This document shows positions 39,182 through 48,392 of a DNA stretch of 64,000 nucleotides, one piece after another. A program made the position numbers and the translations under genes. The number at the start of each line of letters is the position of its first letter. Within the stretch, counting starts at the first letter, position 1. Location of the stretch: contig CAWEPK010000008.1 of NCBI GenBank assembly GCA_963810935.1, positions 224,001-288,000 on the forward strand, written 5' to 3'. The notes under the pieces are model-generated. The model made no database searches. It had not been told where the DNA came from and was given only the letters and a program-made list of their open reading frames with translations. Origin of the DNA: an uncultured delta proteobacterium. Its GTDB lineage: Bacteria; Desulfobacterota; Syntrophorhabdia; Syntrophorhabdales; WCHB1-27.

Positions 39182-40372
39182 TCAGATGACCTCTTTATTT
39201 TTCATCTCTTTGATCTGTTCATCGGAATATCCCAGCACCTTCCCGTAAATCTCAGCGTTATGCTCACCGAACCTCGGCGGGAACGACATTGTCCGGCTGT
39301 TCTCTGTGAGGAACGCGGTCATGTGCGGCGGCGGCGCCATCCATATCTTCGTGCCGGTCACAGGGTCCGTGGCGGTGAGCATCGACTTCGAAACCAGCGT
39401 GTCCTCCATGACGTCTTTTATCGTGTTGACCCTCGATATGGGAATGGTCGCCTTGTTGAAAACCTCGATTATATCGTCGGTGGTACGGGTGCGCGTACAA
39501 CTGTTTATCTGCTCGTTCAGGCTTATTACGTCCGCGATCCTGCCCTTGTTCTTCTCGTATTCGGGCCGCGCCAGCTTCTCGAAGCCCGGTAATTGCGTGA
39601 AGGAAACCCACTGGCGGTCGTTCCCTACCGCTATGTAGACGTATCCGTCTTTCGTTTCGTAGACTGAAACGGGGGAAAAGAACTCGTGCGTATTGCCTCT
39701 GCGCGTCACCTTCGTGCCGAAGGACTTGGCTAGGCCCAAGGCCACCGTGAGCCAGGACGTGGTGGACATGAACATCGAAACGTCGATCCTCTCGCCCTCT
39801 CCTGTCAGCGCCCGCTTGCAAAGCGCCTTCATAATCAGGCCGTAACCGTGCTCGCTCGTCCCCATGTCCGGAAGCGGGATACCGAGGACCTGCGGGTCCC
39901 CGCCCGCATTCCCCGTAAGCTCCATCAGGCCCCCTCTCGCCTGGAGGATGGGATCGTAAGCCGCCTCGTTGCTTTCCGGCCCGAAGCCCGTGAGGCCCAT
40001 CCAGATGAGGTCCGGCTTGACCGCTTTGAGCGATTCGTAGTCTACGCCGAGCTTTTCGTAGTTGCGCGGGAGCTGGTTCGTCGCGAAGATATCGACGTTC
40101 ATCTTCACGATCATTTCCTTGAGCAGCTTCCGCCCTTCCGGCGATCCCAGGTTGAGGGTAACGGCTTTCTTTCCCGCGTTTATCGTAAGGAAATAAGCGT
40201 TCATCTTCTCTTCGCCGAGCCTGTTATCGCCGATCTGCCGGTTCGGGTCACCGAATACCGGGTGCTCCAGCCTGATAACACGCATGCCGTCCATTGCGAG
40301 CCTGTAGCTCAGATATGGCAATACGGTGGCCTGCTCCAGCGAGAGCATCGTCATATTCCTGAAAACGTCCAT
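39182..40372 (-). CDS. Class III CoA-transferase (CaiB/BaiF family)
   Basis: GDPNR, NAGKKAVTLNL, AYDPILQARGGLM, PLPD (catalytic Asp region), YETKDG, PRFGEHN. Confidence 0.92.
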   Translation of the reverse strand: MDVFRNMTMLSLEQATVLPYLSYRLAMDGMRVIRLEHPVFGDPNRQIGDNRLGEEKMNAYFLTINAGKKAVTLNLGSPEGRKLLKEMIVKMNVDIFATNQLPRNYEKLGVDYESLKAVKPDLIWMGLTGFGPESNEAAYDPILQARGGLMELTGNAGGDPQVLGIPLPDMGTSEHGYGLIMKALCKRALTGEGERIDVSMFMSTTSWLTVALGLAKSFGTKVTRRGNTHEFFSPVSVYETKDGYVYIAVGNDRQWVSFTQLPGFEKLARPEYEKNKGRIADVISLNEQINSCTRTRTTDDIIEVFNKATIPISRVNTIKDVMEDTLVSKSMLTATDPVTGTKIWMAPPPHMTAFLTENSRTMSFPPRFGEHNAEIYGKVLGYSDEQIKEMKNKEVI

Positions 40373-40449
40373 GCCGTCCTCCTACGGGATAATCCCAAAG
40401 CCGGCCTTTCCCGCGCAGAAAAAATTTTCGCTTTACCCCAATTTTTCGG

Positions 40450-40557
40450 TTGACACAATCATGCTATTATTCGTATCATTCTGTTCATGGTGCGAGGGTA
40501 TGTATACTGTATACCGTCCCCTTGTCCAGTATAGTTAAGACGGCGGTTTCTTGTCAA
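40450..40557. promoter_or_regulatory. Face-to-face sigma70-like promoters with a central operator (GTATACTGTATAC at 40502-40514)
   Basis: Plus strand: TTGACA 40450-55, 18 nt, TATCAT 40474-79. Minus strand: TTGACA 40557-52, 18 nt, TATACT 40533-28. The operator lies downstream of both. Confidence 0.6.
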
Positions 40558-40741
40558 GAGAATTTAAACGATATAAAATGGTGGCAACGGACGGGCGAGT
40601 GAGTCTTCGTTGCAATGAGCGGTGAGGCCGGGGGGCTTATTCGCGGACGGCTTACCGCCAATGACCGTCCATTGTGTTGAAAGATTTCAGAATATACGAG
40701 AGGCCGACAGTGAATATAAACGATAGAGGGGCCGACAAACA

Positions 40742-41743
40742 ATGAGACTGCCCCCTTTCCAATACCTATCGCCGGGGAAAGTGAAAGAGGCTCTGCAGAT
40801 GCTGCACGACCACAAGGGAAGCGTGTGCATGAGCGCCGGCGGGACAGACATCGTGAGCCGTCTGCGGCAGAGGCTCGTTGCCCCGCGCTACCTGATGAGC
40901 CTCAAGAACGTGCCGGAGTTGAAGGGCATCAAAAAAAAGAAGAACGAGCTTGTCATATCCGCCGGGACGAGCCTGCGGGACATCGCGGAGGACCCGGATG
41001 TCGGCTTGCTTTTCGGCGCCCTGGCAGTCTCGGCCGGTCTGGTCGCCGCCTCGCCCATCCGCAACATCGCAACTATCGGGGGCAATATCCTTCAGGATAC
41101 GAGGTGCCTCTTACGTAACCAGTCGGAGCTGGTCCGCGACGCTGCGCCTGCATGCCTGAAACAAGGCGGGAAAGCCTGCCTCGCGCAAAAAGGCGCAACC
41201 CGGTGCCTCTCCGTCTACCAGGGCGACCTGGCGCCGGTCCTCATCGCCTTCGACGCCAAGGCCGTGCTGAAAAAACTCGGCTCGTCCAGGACAGCCCCCG
41301 TATCGGAGCTTTTTTCCGGCAAAGGGAACCAGCCGTTTGCAGTGGAAGACGACGAGCTTCTCACCCAGGTTATCATCCCCGTGCAGCACGGGCATTACGC
41401 CGCTGCCTATAAAAAACTGCGGATGCGCACAGGGCTCGATTATCCCTTCGCCGCTGCTGCGGCCTTCGTCTCTCTCTCTGCTAAGGGTGTGATCGACCGG
41501 GCGCGCCTTGTCGTCGGCGCTGCCGGTCCGGCCCCCGTGATAGTCGAGGAGGCGGCCTCCATTCTTAAAGGGCGCGCGCCTGCGGAAGCGGACCGCGAGG
41601 CGGCTGCGGCCTGCGCGCTCAAAGCCGCAAAGGTGATAGACAACCTCCCCCTCCCCGCTGATTACAGGAGAAAAATGGCGAAGGTGGCGGCGCGCCGGGC
41701 CATCGATGATGCGCTGGGCGCTATCTCAGGGGCGGGTGCGTGA
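40742..41743 (+). CDS. FAD/[4Fe-4S] subunit, 4-hydroxybenzoyl-CoA reductase beta (HcrB)-like
   Basis: AGGTD, IRNIATIGGN, then a four-Cys insertion DTRC..NQS...CLKQGGKAC...TRC. Confidence 0.85.
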   Translation: MRLPPFQYLSPGKVKEALQMLHDHKGSVCMSAGGTDIVSRLRQRLVAPRYLMSLKNVPELKGIKKKKNELVISAGTSLRDIAEDPDVGLLFGALAVSAGLVAASPIRNIATIGGNILQDTRCLLRNQSELVRDAAPACLKQGGKACLAQKGATRCLSVYQGDLAPVLIAFDAKAVLKKLGSSRTAPVSELFSGKGNQPFAVEDDELLTQVIIPVQHGHYAAAYKKLRMRTGLDYPFAAAAAFVSLSAKGVIDRARLVVGAAGPAPVIVEEAASILKGRAPAEADREAAAACALKAAKVIDNLPLPADYRRKMAKVAARRAIDDALGAISGAGA

Positions 41744-42231
41744 TGGCCAAGTCAGAGAAAATAATGGTGAAGCTGCGGGTTAACGGCGAGGATTATTCTT
41801 TACTGATCGTCCCCCATCTGACGCTTCTTGAAGCACTGCGCGAAGAGCTGCACCTGACGGGTGCCAAGGAAAGCTGCGGCCGCGGCGCCTGCGGGACCTG
41901 CACGGTACTCCTCGACGGCCTGCCGGTGCGTTCCTGCCTGCTCCTTGCGGCGGAAGCGGAAGGCAGGGAGGTTACGACGATAGAAGGGCTCGGCAAAAAA
42001 GGAGCGCTCCACCCCCTGCAGGAGGCGTTCGTCGCCCACCACGCGATACAATGCGGTTTCTGCACGCCCGGAATGATCCTGACGGCCAAGGCGTTCCTCG
42101 ACAAGAACCCGGACCCGACGGAAGAAGAAATACAGATGGCCCTTTCCGGCAACGTCTGCCGCTGCACCGGCTATACGAAAATCGTCGAAGCAGTCAAGGC
42201 TGCGTCCGCCAAGGCCGGCGGAGGTAAGTAG
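41743..42231 (+). CDS. [2Fe-2S] subunit, xanthine dehydrogenase family (HcrC-like)
   Basis: GAKESCGRGACGTCTV, QCGFCTPG, GNVCRCTGY. Confidence 0.94.
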   Translation: MAKSEKIMVKLRVNGEDYSLLIVPHLTLLEALREELHLTGAKESCGRGACGTCTVLLDGLPVRSCLLLAAEAEGREVTTIEGLGKKGALHPLQEAFVAHHAIQCGFCTPGMILTAKAFLDKNPDPTEEEIQMALSGNVCRCTGYTKIVEAVKAASAKAGGGK

Positions 42232-42238
42232 CGAAATT

Positions 42239-44522
42239 ATGGAAGAACTCTCTATCATAGGGAAGAGCGAGGGCGGAAGGGTCGATACTGCGGCAAAAGC
42301 GACGGGCGAGGCCCTCTTTTCCGCGGACCTCTCTCTGCCCCGCATGCTCGTAGGCAAAGTACTCCGCTCCCCTCATGCCCACGCCCGCATCGTCAGCGTC
42401 GATACGTCGAAGGCCGAGCGGCTGCCCGGCGTACGCTCTATCGTGACATCGGCTGACAGCACAGGCGAGAAGTGGGGCGTCTTCCGCTATACGCAGGACC
42501 AGGCGTTCCTGCCAGCCGACAAGGTCCGCTTCATAGGGGAAGAGGTTGCCGCAGTCGCGGCAATAGACGAAGACACGGCGCTCGAAGCCCTGAAGCTTAT
42601 AAAAGTCGAATACGAGGAGCTGCCCGCCGTCTTCACGATTGAAGAAGCGATCAAGCCGGGCGCGGTCCTCATACATGACACGAACCCCGGCAACATCAAC
42701 GTACACGTCAAGATAGACGTGGGCGACGTCGATAAGGGTTTTTCCGCTTCCTATCTTGTCAGGGAGGATACGTTCAACGCTCCGGAGGAGTCTTATTTCC
42801 AGGCCGAGCCGTACGCGGTCGTCGCCTCCTTCGACAGCTCGGGCAACCTCGAGATATGGATGCCGAACGCCGGCCCTCACCTGAAGGCGAAGCCCCTTTC
42901 AAACTGCCTGCGGATGCCCCTCAACAAGGTCAGGGTAAGAAAAATCACGATCGGCGGGGCCTTCGGCGGCAGGTCGGAGATATCGCCCGCCGACGTAATC
43001 TGCGCGCTCCTTGCCCGCAAAGCCGGCGTACCGGTGAAGCTCGCTTACACGAGAGAAGAAAATACGGTTGCGACGCGCCAGGCCCACGGCATGATCGTGA
43101 AGATAAAAACGGGCGTGGACCGGGAAGGCCGCGTCGTAGCGAGGGACCTCACCTGCCACATGGACGGAGGCGCTTATTCCAGCACGGGGCCTATCGCCAC
43201 GAGCGTGCCATTCCTCTGCATGGAGCAGGCGTACCGGATGGAAAACGTCCGCTACAACGGCTACCGCGTCTTCACGAACAAGCCGATAAGGGGCATGTAC
43301 AGGACGCACGGACGCGCCTTCGCCTCCGGCGTCGATTTGCAGCTCGATATGATCGGCGAGGAAATGGGCATCGACCCCGCCGAGATCAGGATCAGGAACG
43401 CGCGCCAGGCCGGCGACTACACCCCTACGAAATCGCTCGTCGTGAGCTGCGCCATGACGGAGACCATCGAGCGCGCGTGCGACGCCGCCGGCTGGAAGGA
43501 GAAGTGGGGCAAGCTCCCGCCCTTCCATGGTATCGGCATAGGGTGCAACTCGGTCCAGACGGGCTTTCCCATGGGCATAAGGGGCGGCTCTTCCGCCTTT
43601 ATCAAATTCAACGAGGACGGCGGCGCCACGGTCATATCGGGTGTCGTTGACAACGGGCAGGGCAATGAGAACATGCTCGTCCAGATCGCGGCCGAAGAGC
43701 TGGGGATACTGCCCGAAGACATACAGCCTCATCAGCGCGGATACCGAGGTGACGCCGAGCGACCCCGGCTCGTACTCAATGTGCGAGACCTTCGTCGGCG
43801 GCAACGCGGTGAGGCTCGCGGCGAAGGACGCGAAAGAGAAGCTTTTCAAGTTCGCGGCGCGCGCCCTTGAGTCGAAGCCGGAAGACCTCGCCGCCAGGGG
43901 AAGGAAGATCTTCGTAAAGGGAGAGCCGGAAAGGTCGATACCCTTTACCAAGGCAGTCCGCATGGCCCTTTCCAAGGGTGAGTCGATAGCCGGCGAAGGC
44001 TCTTACTGGCCCAAAGTCGACCCGAGGCGCGAGTGGGTAGATAACCCGGTCGGGCAGCTCAGCGAGGCCTTCTCCTTCGGCACGACTATCGTCGAGGTGA
44101 AAGTGGACCCGGAAACGGGACTTGTGGATGTTATAGAGGCCTGGGCCGCGCAGGACGTGGGGCGCGCCCTCAACCCGAAGATCGTGGAAGGGCAGTTCGA
44201 AGGCGGCCTTGCGATGGGCGGACAGGGCGGCATGCTGACTGAATTCCATGTCTTTGACCGTGGGAGGTGCCTCAATCCGGACCAGATGGACTACGGGGTG
44301 CCGCTTGCCCCCGACATGCCGAAGATCAACTCGATCATCGTCGAGAGCAACGACCCCGCCGGGCCTTACGGCGCCAAGGAGGCAGGCATGTCTATCGCCA
44401 TGTCTGCGGCACAGGCTTACGTCTCGGCCGTCTGCAACGCCATAGGGGCGCCGATCACGGAGTACCCGCTCACCCCGGACAAGGTCTTAGCTGCGATAGA
44501 GCGAAAGGGTAAAAAGGGCTGA
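42239..44522 (+). pseudogene. Molybdopterin-binding subunit (HcrA-like), split by a +1 frameshift at ~43727 (real lesion or sequencing error)
   Basis: ORF 42239-43870 (GGAFGGRSE, DNGQG) joins ORF 43641-44522 (ADTEVTP.D.G, QDVGRALNP, GPYGAKE) when one C is removed from atacagCCtcatc. Confidence 0.87.
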
Positions 44523-44527
44523 ATCCA

Positions 44528-44959
44528 ATGCAGGTCCAGAAGATCGACCACATATGCTTCGCCGTAGCCGACCTGGAAAAGACAAAGCGCATATACAGCG
44601 AAAACCTTGGTATGAAGCCGGACCTCGAGTACGTAGCCGACTCCGAGCACATCAAAGTGGCGCGTTATTACGTCGGCGGGGTGGCGATAGAGTTCATGGA
44701 GCCTACGAGCCGGGATTGTGATGTAGCCAAGTTTATAGAACAAAGGGGTGACGGCGCGTTCCTCATTTCGTACCGCGTCGATAACCTCGAGACCGCGTTG
44801 GAAGAGCTCAAGGCCAAGGGAGCGAAACTGATAGACGAAAAGCCTAGGGAGCTTTTCGGAAACCGATACGCCTTTATACAGAAGCCAAGCGAGATGGCAG
44901 GCGTACTGGTGGAGCTTCTGGACGGGGAGTTCGACCCGAGCCAGGTAAAGCGCACGTAG
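44528..44959 (+). CDS. VOC-superfamily protein, methylmalonyl-CoA-epimerase-like
   Basis: KIDHICFAV, IEFMEP, VAKFIEQRGDG, LIDEKPR, GVLVEL. Confidence 0.8.
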   Translation: MQVQKIDHICFAVADLEKTKRIYSENLGMKPDLEYVADSEHIKVARYYVGGVAIEFMEPTSRDCDVAKFIEQRGDGAFLISYRVDNLETALEELKAKGAKLIDEKPRELFGNRYAFIQKPSEMAGVLVELLDGEFDPSQVKRT

Positions 44960-45051
44960 AACCGGCAAAGAGAAGCCGGATACGAAAGGGTCGTCGGGCC
45001 TTCCTTTTTGGGCCGCCATGACCGGTTAATAAAATATAGGGGGTAATTATA

Positions 45052-46077
45052 ATGAAGAGATTCTATCTCGGCGTCGTGGTATGCCTTGCGCTCTTTCTTG
45101 TCATGGCACTTGCCGCGCCTCAGCAGGCCCGTTGCCAAAGCAAGATCACGCTCACCTACGCCAATTTCCCGCCATCGACCACGTTCCCCTGCGTTCAGAT
45201 GGAGAGGTGGGCCAAGGAAGTCGAGAAACGGACCAACGGGAAGGTAAAAATCCAGACATTCCCCGGCGGGACCCTCCTGCCGGCGAAGAATATCTTCGAC
45301 GGCGTGATAACCGGCACGGCCGACATCGGGAACTTCGCGATGAGCTATCAGCCCGGCCGGTTCCCCGTTTCCGAGGCGGTTGACCTGCCCATGGGTTTCA
45401 GCAGCGCCAGGAACGCAAGCCTCGCCCTCTACGACCTCATCGAAAAGTACCCCAAAGAGTTCGACAAGGTGAAGCTGCTGACCGTCTTCACCTGCCCTCC
45501 GGCCGACTTCATGACGATAAAACCCGTCCGCTCGCTGAAAGACCTGAAGGGCATGGAGCTTGCCGTGTCGGGTACGGGCGCTGAGGCCGTCAAGAGGCTG
45601 GGTGCCATCCCCGTGGCCATGCCGCAGTCGGAAAGGCCCGAGGCCCTGCAGAAAGGCGTAGTAAAGGGCGTTGTCTCTTCGATGGAGGTCCTCAAAGACC
45701 TCAACTACTCGGCCTACTGCCCGTATGCGACCGACACGAACCTCTTCGTCGTCACCTTCGCCGTCGTCATGAACAAGGATAAATGGAACGCGATGCCTGC
45801 CGACGTGAAGAAAGTGATGGACGACATGCGCAGGGAGCAGGCGGAATGGACGGGCAGATACGTCGACGACCACGTCAAGGAAGCCCTCGAGTGGTCAAAG
45901 CAGAAGTACGGCCACCAGGTTATCAACCTGCCTGCCTCTGATAAGGCGCAGATACCTGTCCTCGTGAAGCCTATGATGGACGAGTACATAAAGAGGGTCT
46001 CCGCTAAAGGGCTTCCGGGCGAGCAGATCGTACAGGACATCCATAAGCTGAGAGATAAGTACGAGAAGTCCAGGTAG
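45052..46077 (+). CDS. dctP: TRAP transporter substrate-binding protein
   Basis: Signal peptide, VEKRTNGKVKI, PGRFP, DLKG, EALQKGVV. Confidence 0.92.
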   Translation: MKRFYLGVVVCLALFLVMALAAPQQARCQSKITLTYANFPPSTTFPCVQMERWAKEVEKRTNGKVKIQTFPGGTLLPAKNIFDGVITGTADIGNFAMSYQPGRFPVSEAVDLPMGFSSARNASLALYDLIEKYPKEFDKVKLLTVFTCPPADFMTIKPVRSLKDLKGMELAVSGTGAEAVKRLGAIPVAMPQSERPEALQKGVVKGVVSSMEVLKDLNYSAYCPYATDTNLFVVTFAVVMNKDKWNAMPADVKKVMDDMRREQAEWTGRYVDDHVKEALEWSKQKYGHQVINLPASDKAQIPVLVKPMMDEYIKRVSAKGLPGEQIVQDIHKLRDKYEKSR

Positions 46078-46293
46078 GCCGTAAGCGGGCAAGAGCGCAC
46101 CGGTCAATCCAAAAGTCTTAAACGGCCGCGGCCTGCACGAAAGCAGTGTGCAGGCCAAAGGCCGCTCGCAACAGGATCGGCAAGCGAAAGCAAGCAACGG
46201 GCGTTGGGAGGCGTCCGCGCAACAAGCGGGCCGGCCGCTTGAGGGGCCTTTTTTAAGGCCCGGCGGGCAGGTTCCGGCTCAAGGGGAGGTAAC

Positions 46294-46776
46294 ATGAAGT
46301 ATCTCGATTACGCGACCGTCATAATCAACAAGGTGCTGCTCGTTTGTGGCGGCATCGCAGTGCTTGCCCTTATGCTCCTCGCTACGGGCAACGTACTCCT
46401 GAGGATCCTCCATTTCCCTTTCAGGGGGACATACGAGATCGTCTCCTTTCTCGGGGCCATCGTCATCTCCTTTGCCCTGGGATACACCGTGAAAAGAAGG
46501 GACCACATCGTAGTGGATATCCTTTCGGAGAAGTATCCCGCAGTGCTCGCAAAAATTATCGACACCATCGCCGATATCGCCGTCGCGATATTCTTCGCCA
46601 TCGTCGCCTGGCAGATGTACGTATGGGGCATGAAGATCTGCGACGAAAGCGAGGTCTCCGAAACGCTCAAGATCATTTATTATCCGTTCGTCTTTGCGTG
46701 TGCCCTGGGTTTCGCTGCGCTCTCCTTCAACGCGCTGGTCGATTTCTTAAAGAAAATAAGCGGACGGGAGGCATAG
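46294..46776 (+). CDS. dctQ: TRAP small permease
   Basis: Four hydrophobic segments, GTYEIV, HIVVD. Confidence 0.9.
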   Translation: MKYLDYATVIINKVLLVCGGIAVLALMLLATGNVLLRILHFPFRGTYEIVSFLGAIVISFALGYTVKRRDHIVVDILSEKYPAVLAKIIDTIADIAVAIFFAIVAWQMYVWGMKICDESEVSETLKIIYYPFVFACALGFAALSFNALVDFLKKISGREA

Positions 46777-46779
46777 ACG

Positions 46780-48087
46780 ATGAGCGGCCCTATGATAGGC
46801 ATTTACGGCATTCTCGTAATGTTCGCGGTGCTCTTCCTGCTCCGCATACCCGCCGGCTTCACGATGGCGATCGTAGGATTTCTCGGCGTCGCCTACGTAA
46901 CGTCGTTCAAGGCGGCTTTCGGCCTGATCGGCACCGATATGTGGAATATCTTCTCGAACTACGGCCTGACGGTCATCCCCATGTTCATTCTGGTGGGCGA
47001 GTTCGTCCACTACGCAGGCTATAACAACGGGCTTTATCACGCCACGTACAAGTGGTTCGGCCACTATAAAGGCGGCCTCGCCATAACGACCATCATGGCC
47101 TGCGCCGCTTTTTCGGCCATATCCGGCAGCAATACCGCGACCGCCGCGACGATGAGCTCGGTGGCTATACCGGAGATGCGGAAGTACAAATACCACCCGC
47201 AGCTCAACGCCGGGTCAGTTGCCGCAGGGGCGACGCTCGGGGTGCTAATACCGCCCAGCATCGTTCTCGTTGTCTACGGTCTCTATACCGGCCAATCGAT
47301 AGGCAAGCTCTTTTTCGGCAACGTCATACCGAGCGCCATACTGACCGTGCTGATCGCGTGCACTGTCTTCTACATCTGCTGGCGCCACCCCGACTGGGGC
47401 CCCGCCGCGGAAAAGAGCACCTGGAAAGAACGTTTCAAGGCGCTGCCCGACATCATCGACATCCTTATCCTGTTCGCCATAATAATGTACGCCCTCTTCA
47501 CCGGCGTCGTAACAGCCACCGAGGCCGCAGCCGCAAGCTCGACGCTCGGTCTTGCTATCTGTCTCGTCCGCAGGAAGATAACATGGCATGGCTTTATCAC
47601 GTCGATACTCGACACGCTCCGCATCTCCTGCATGGTCTTCATGATCGTCGCGGGCGCCGTTATATTCGGCCGTTTCCTCACCGTGACGAGGCTGCCCTTC
47701 GAGATAGCGGGGATCATAGGCGGCCTCAACATGCCGGGCTGGATGCTTTTGTGGGTTATCCTGATTTGCTACATCATCGGCGGCTGCGTGATGGACGCGC
47801 TGGCTTTCCTGCTTGTTTCGCTGCCGATCTTTTATCCCCTCGTGATGCAGCTCGGTTACGATCCGATCTGGTTCGGCCAGGTTATCTGCATAGTGACGAC
47901 CATGGGCTCGATCATGCCGCCCATAGGCATATGCTGTTACGTGGTGGCAGGCATGGCCAAGGACATACCTCTGGGTACCGTGTTCAGGGGAGGACTCTAC
48001 TACATACCGTCCTATATAATATCGATCATATTGTTGATGCTATCACCGTATTGGACGGTCCTCGTCTTATCGAACCTGGTGAGATAG
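46780..48087 (+). CDS. dctM: TRAP large permease
   Basis: IPMFIL, AISGS, LGVLIPPS, TATEAA, PPIG. Confidence 0.93.
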   Translation: MSGPMIGIYGILVMFAVLFLLRIPAGFTMAIVGFLGVAYVTSFKAAFGLIGTDMWNIFSNYGLTVIPMFILVGEFVHYAGYNNGLYHATYKWFGHYKGGLAITTIMACAAFSAISGSNTATAATMSSVAIPEMRKYKYHPQLNAGSVAAGATLGVLIPPSIVLVVYGLYTGQSIGKLFFGNVIPSAILTVLIACTVFYICWRHPDWGPAAEKSTWKERFKALPDIIDILILFAIIMYALFTGVVTATEAAAASSTLGLAICLVRRKITWHGFITSILDTLRISCMVFMIVAGAVIFGRFLTVTRLPFEIAGIIGGLNMPGWMLLWVILICYIIGGCVMDALAFLLVSLPIFYPLVMQLGYDPIWFGQVICIVTTMGSIMPPIGICCYVVAGMAKDIPLGTVFRGGLYYIPSYIISIILLMLSPYWTVLVLSNLVR

Positions 48088-48095
48088 TACGAACC

Positions 48096-48134
48096 CCGAC
48101 CATGCCAGGCGCAAAACACGCCCGGCATGGTCGG
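48096..48134 (+). terminator. Stem-loop after dctM
   Basis: ccgaccatgcc...ggcatggtcgg 11-bp perfect outer stem, starting 8 nt after the stop. Confidence 0.55.
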
Positions 48135-48264
48135 TTATGCTCCGTGCATACGCAATTCAATCCGCTGAAAATACCACTAGACGGACAGCGATTGTCGATC
48201 CTGACTGCGAAAGGACGACGTTTTTGTCGAACAGTCCAGCCTACCGGCCTGGCATAGACAATTA

Positions 48265-48307
48265 TATCAAGTAGTTATGGCTGGAAGGGGCAGGTACGAA
48301 TATTGCT
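48265..48307 (+). promoter_or_regulatory. Candidate IHF site plus sigma54 -24/-12 promoter
   Basis: TATCAAgtagTTA (48265-77) fits WATCAANNNNTTR. aGGtacgaatattGCt has GG at 48293 and GC at 48305. Confidence 0.5.
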
Positions 48308-48392
48308 ATCATGTTTTGCAGATGGCACAATAGCCGCCGAATAAAGGGCCATTGACGGGAAGAAGGTACGGCGGTATATTAGGACGGGAAGC

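Noticed and set aside
15218..40372. Assigning iaa gene symbols
   Set aside because: The match is at enzyme-family level only; orthology cannot be shown without alignments.
32657..40741. Cobalamin or molybdenum-cofactor riboswitch in leaders of the B12/Mo operons
   Set aside because: No B12-box or Moco-motif sequence was recognised in the intergenic regions by eye.
40742..44522. Assigning hcrBCA gene symbols
   Set aside because: The architecture fits but active-site motifs differ and no phenol/4-hydroxybenzoate genes are nearby.
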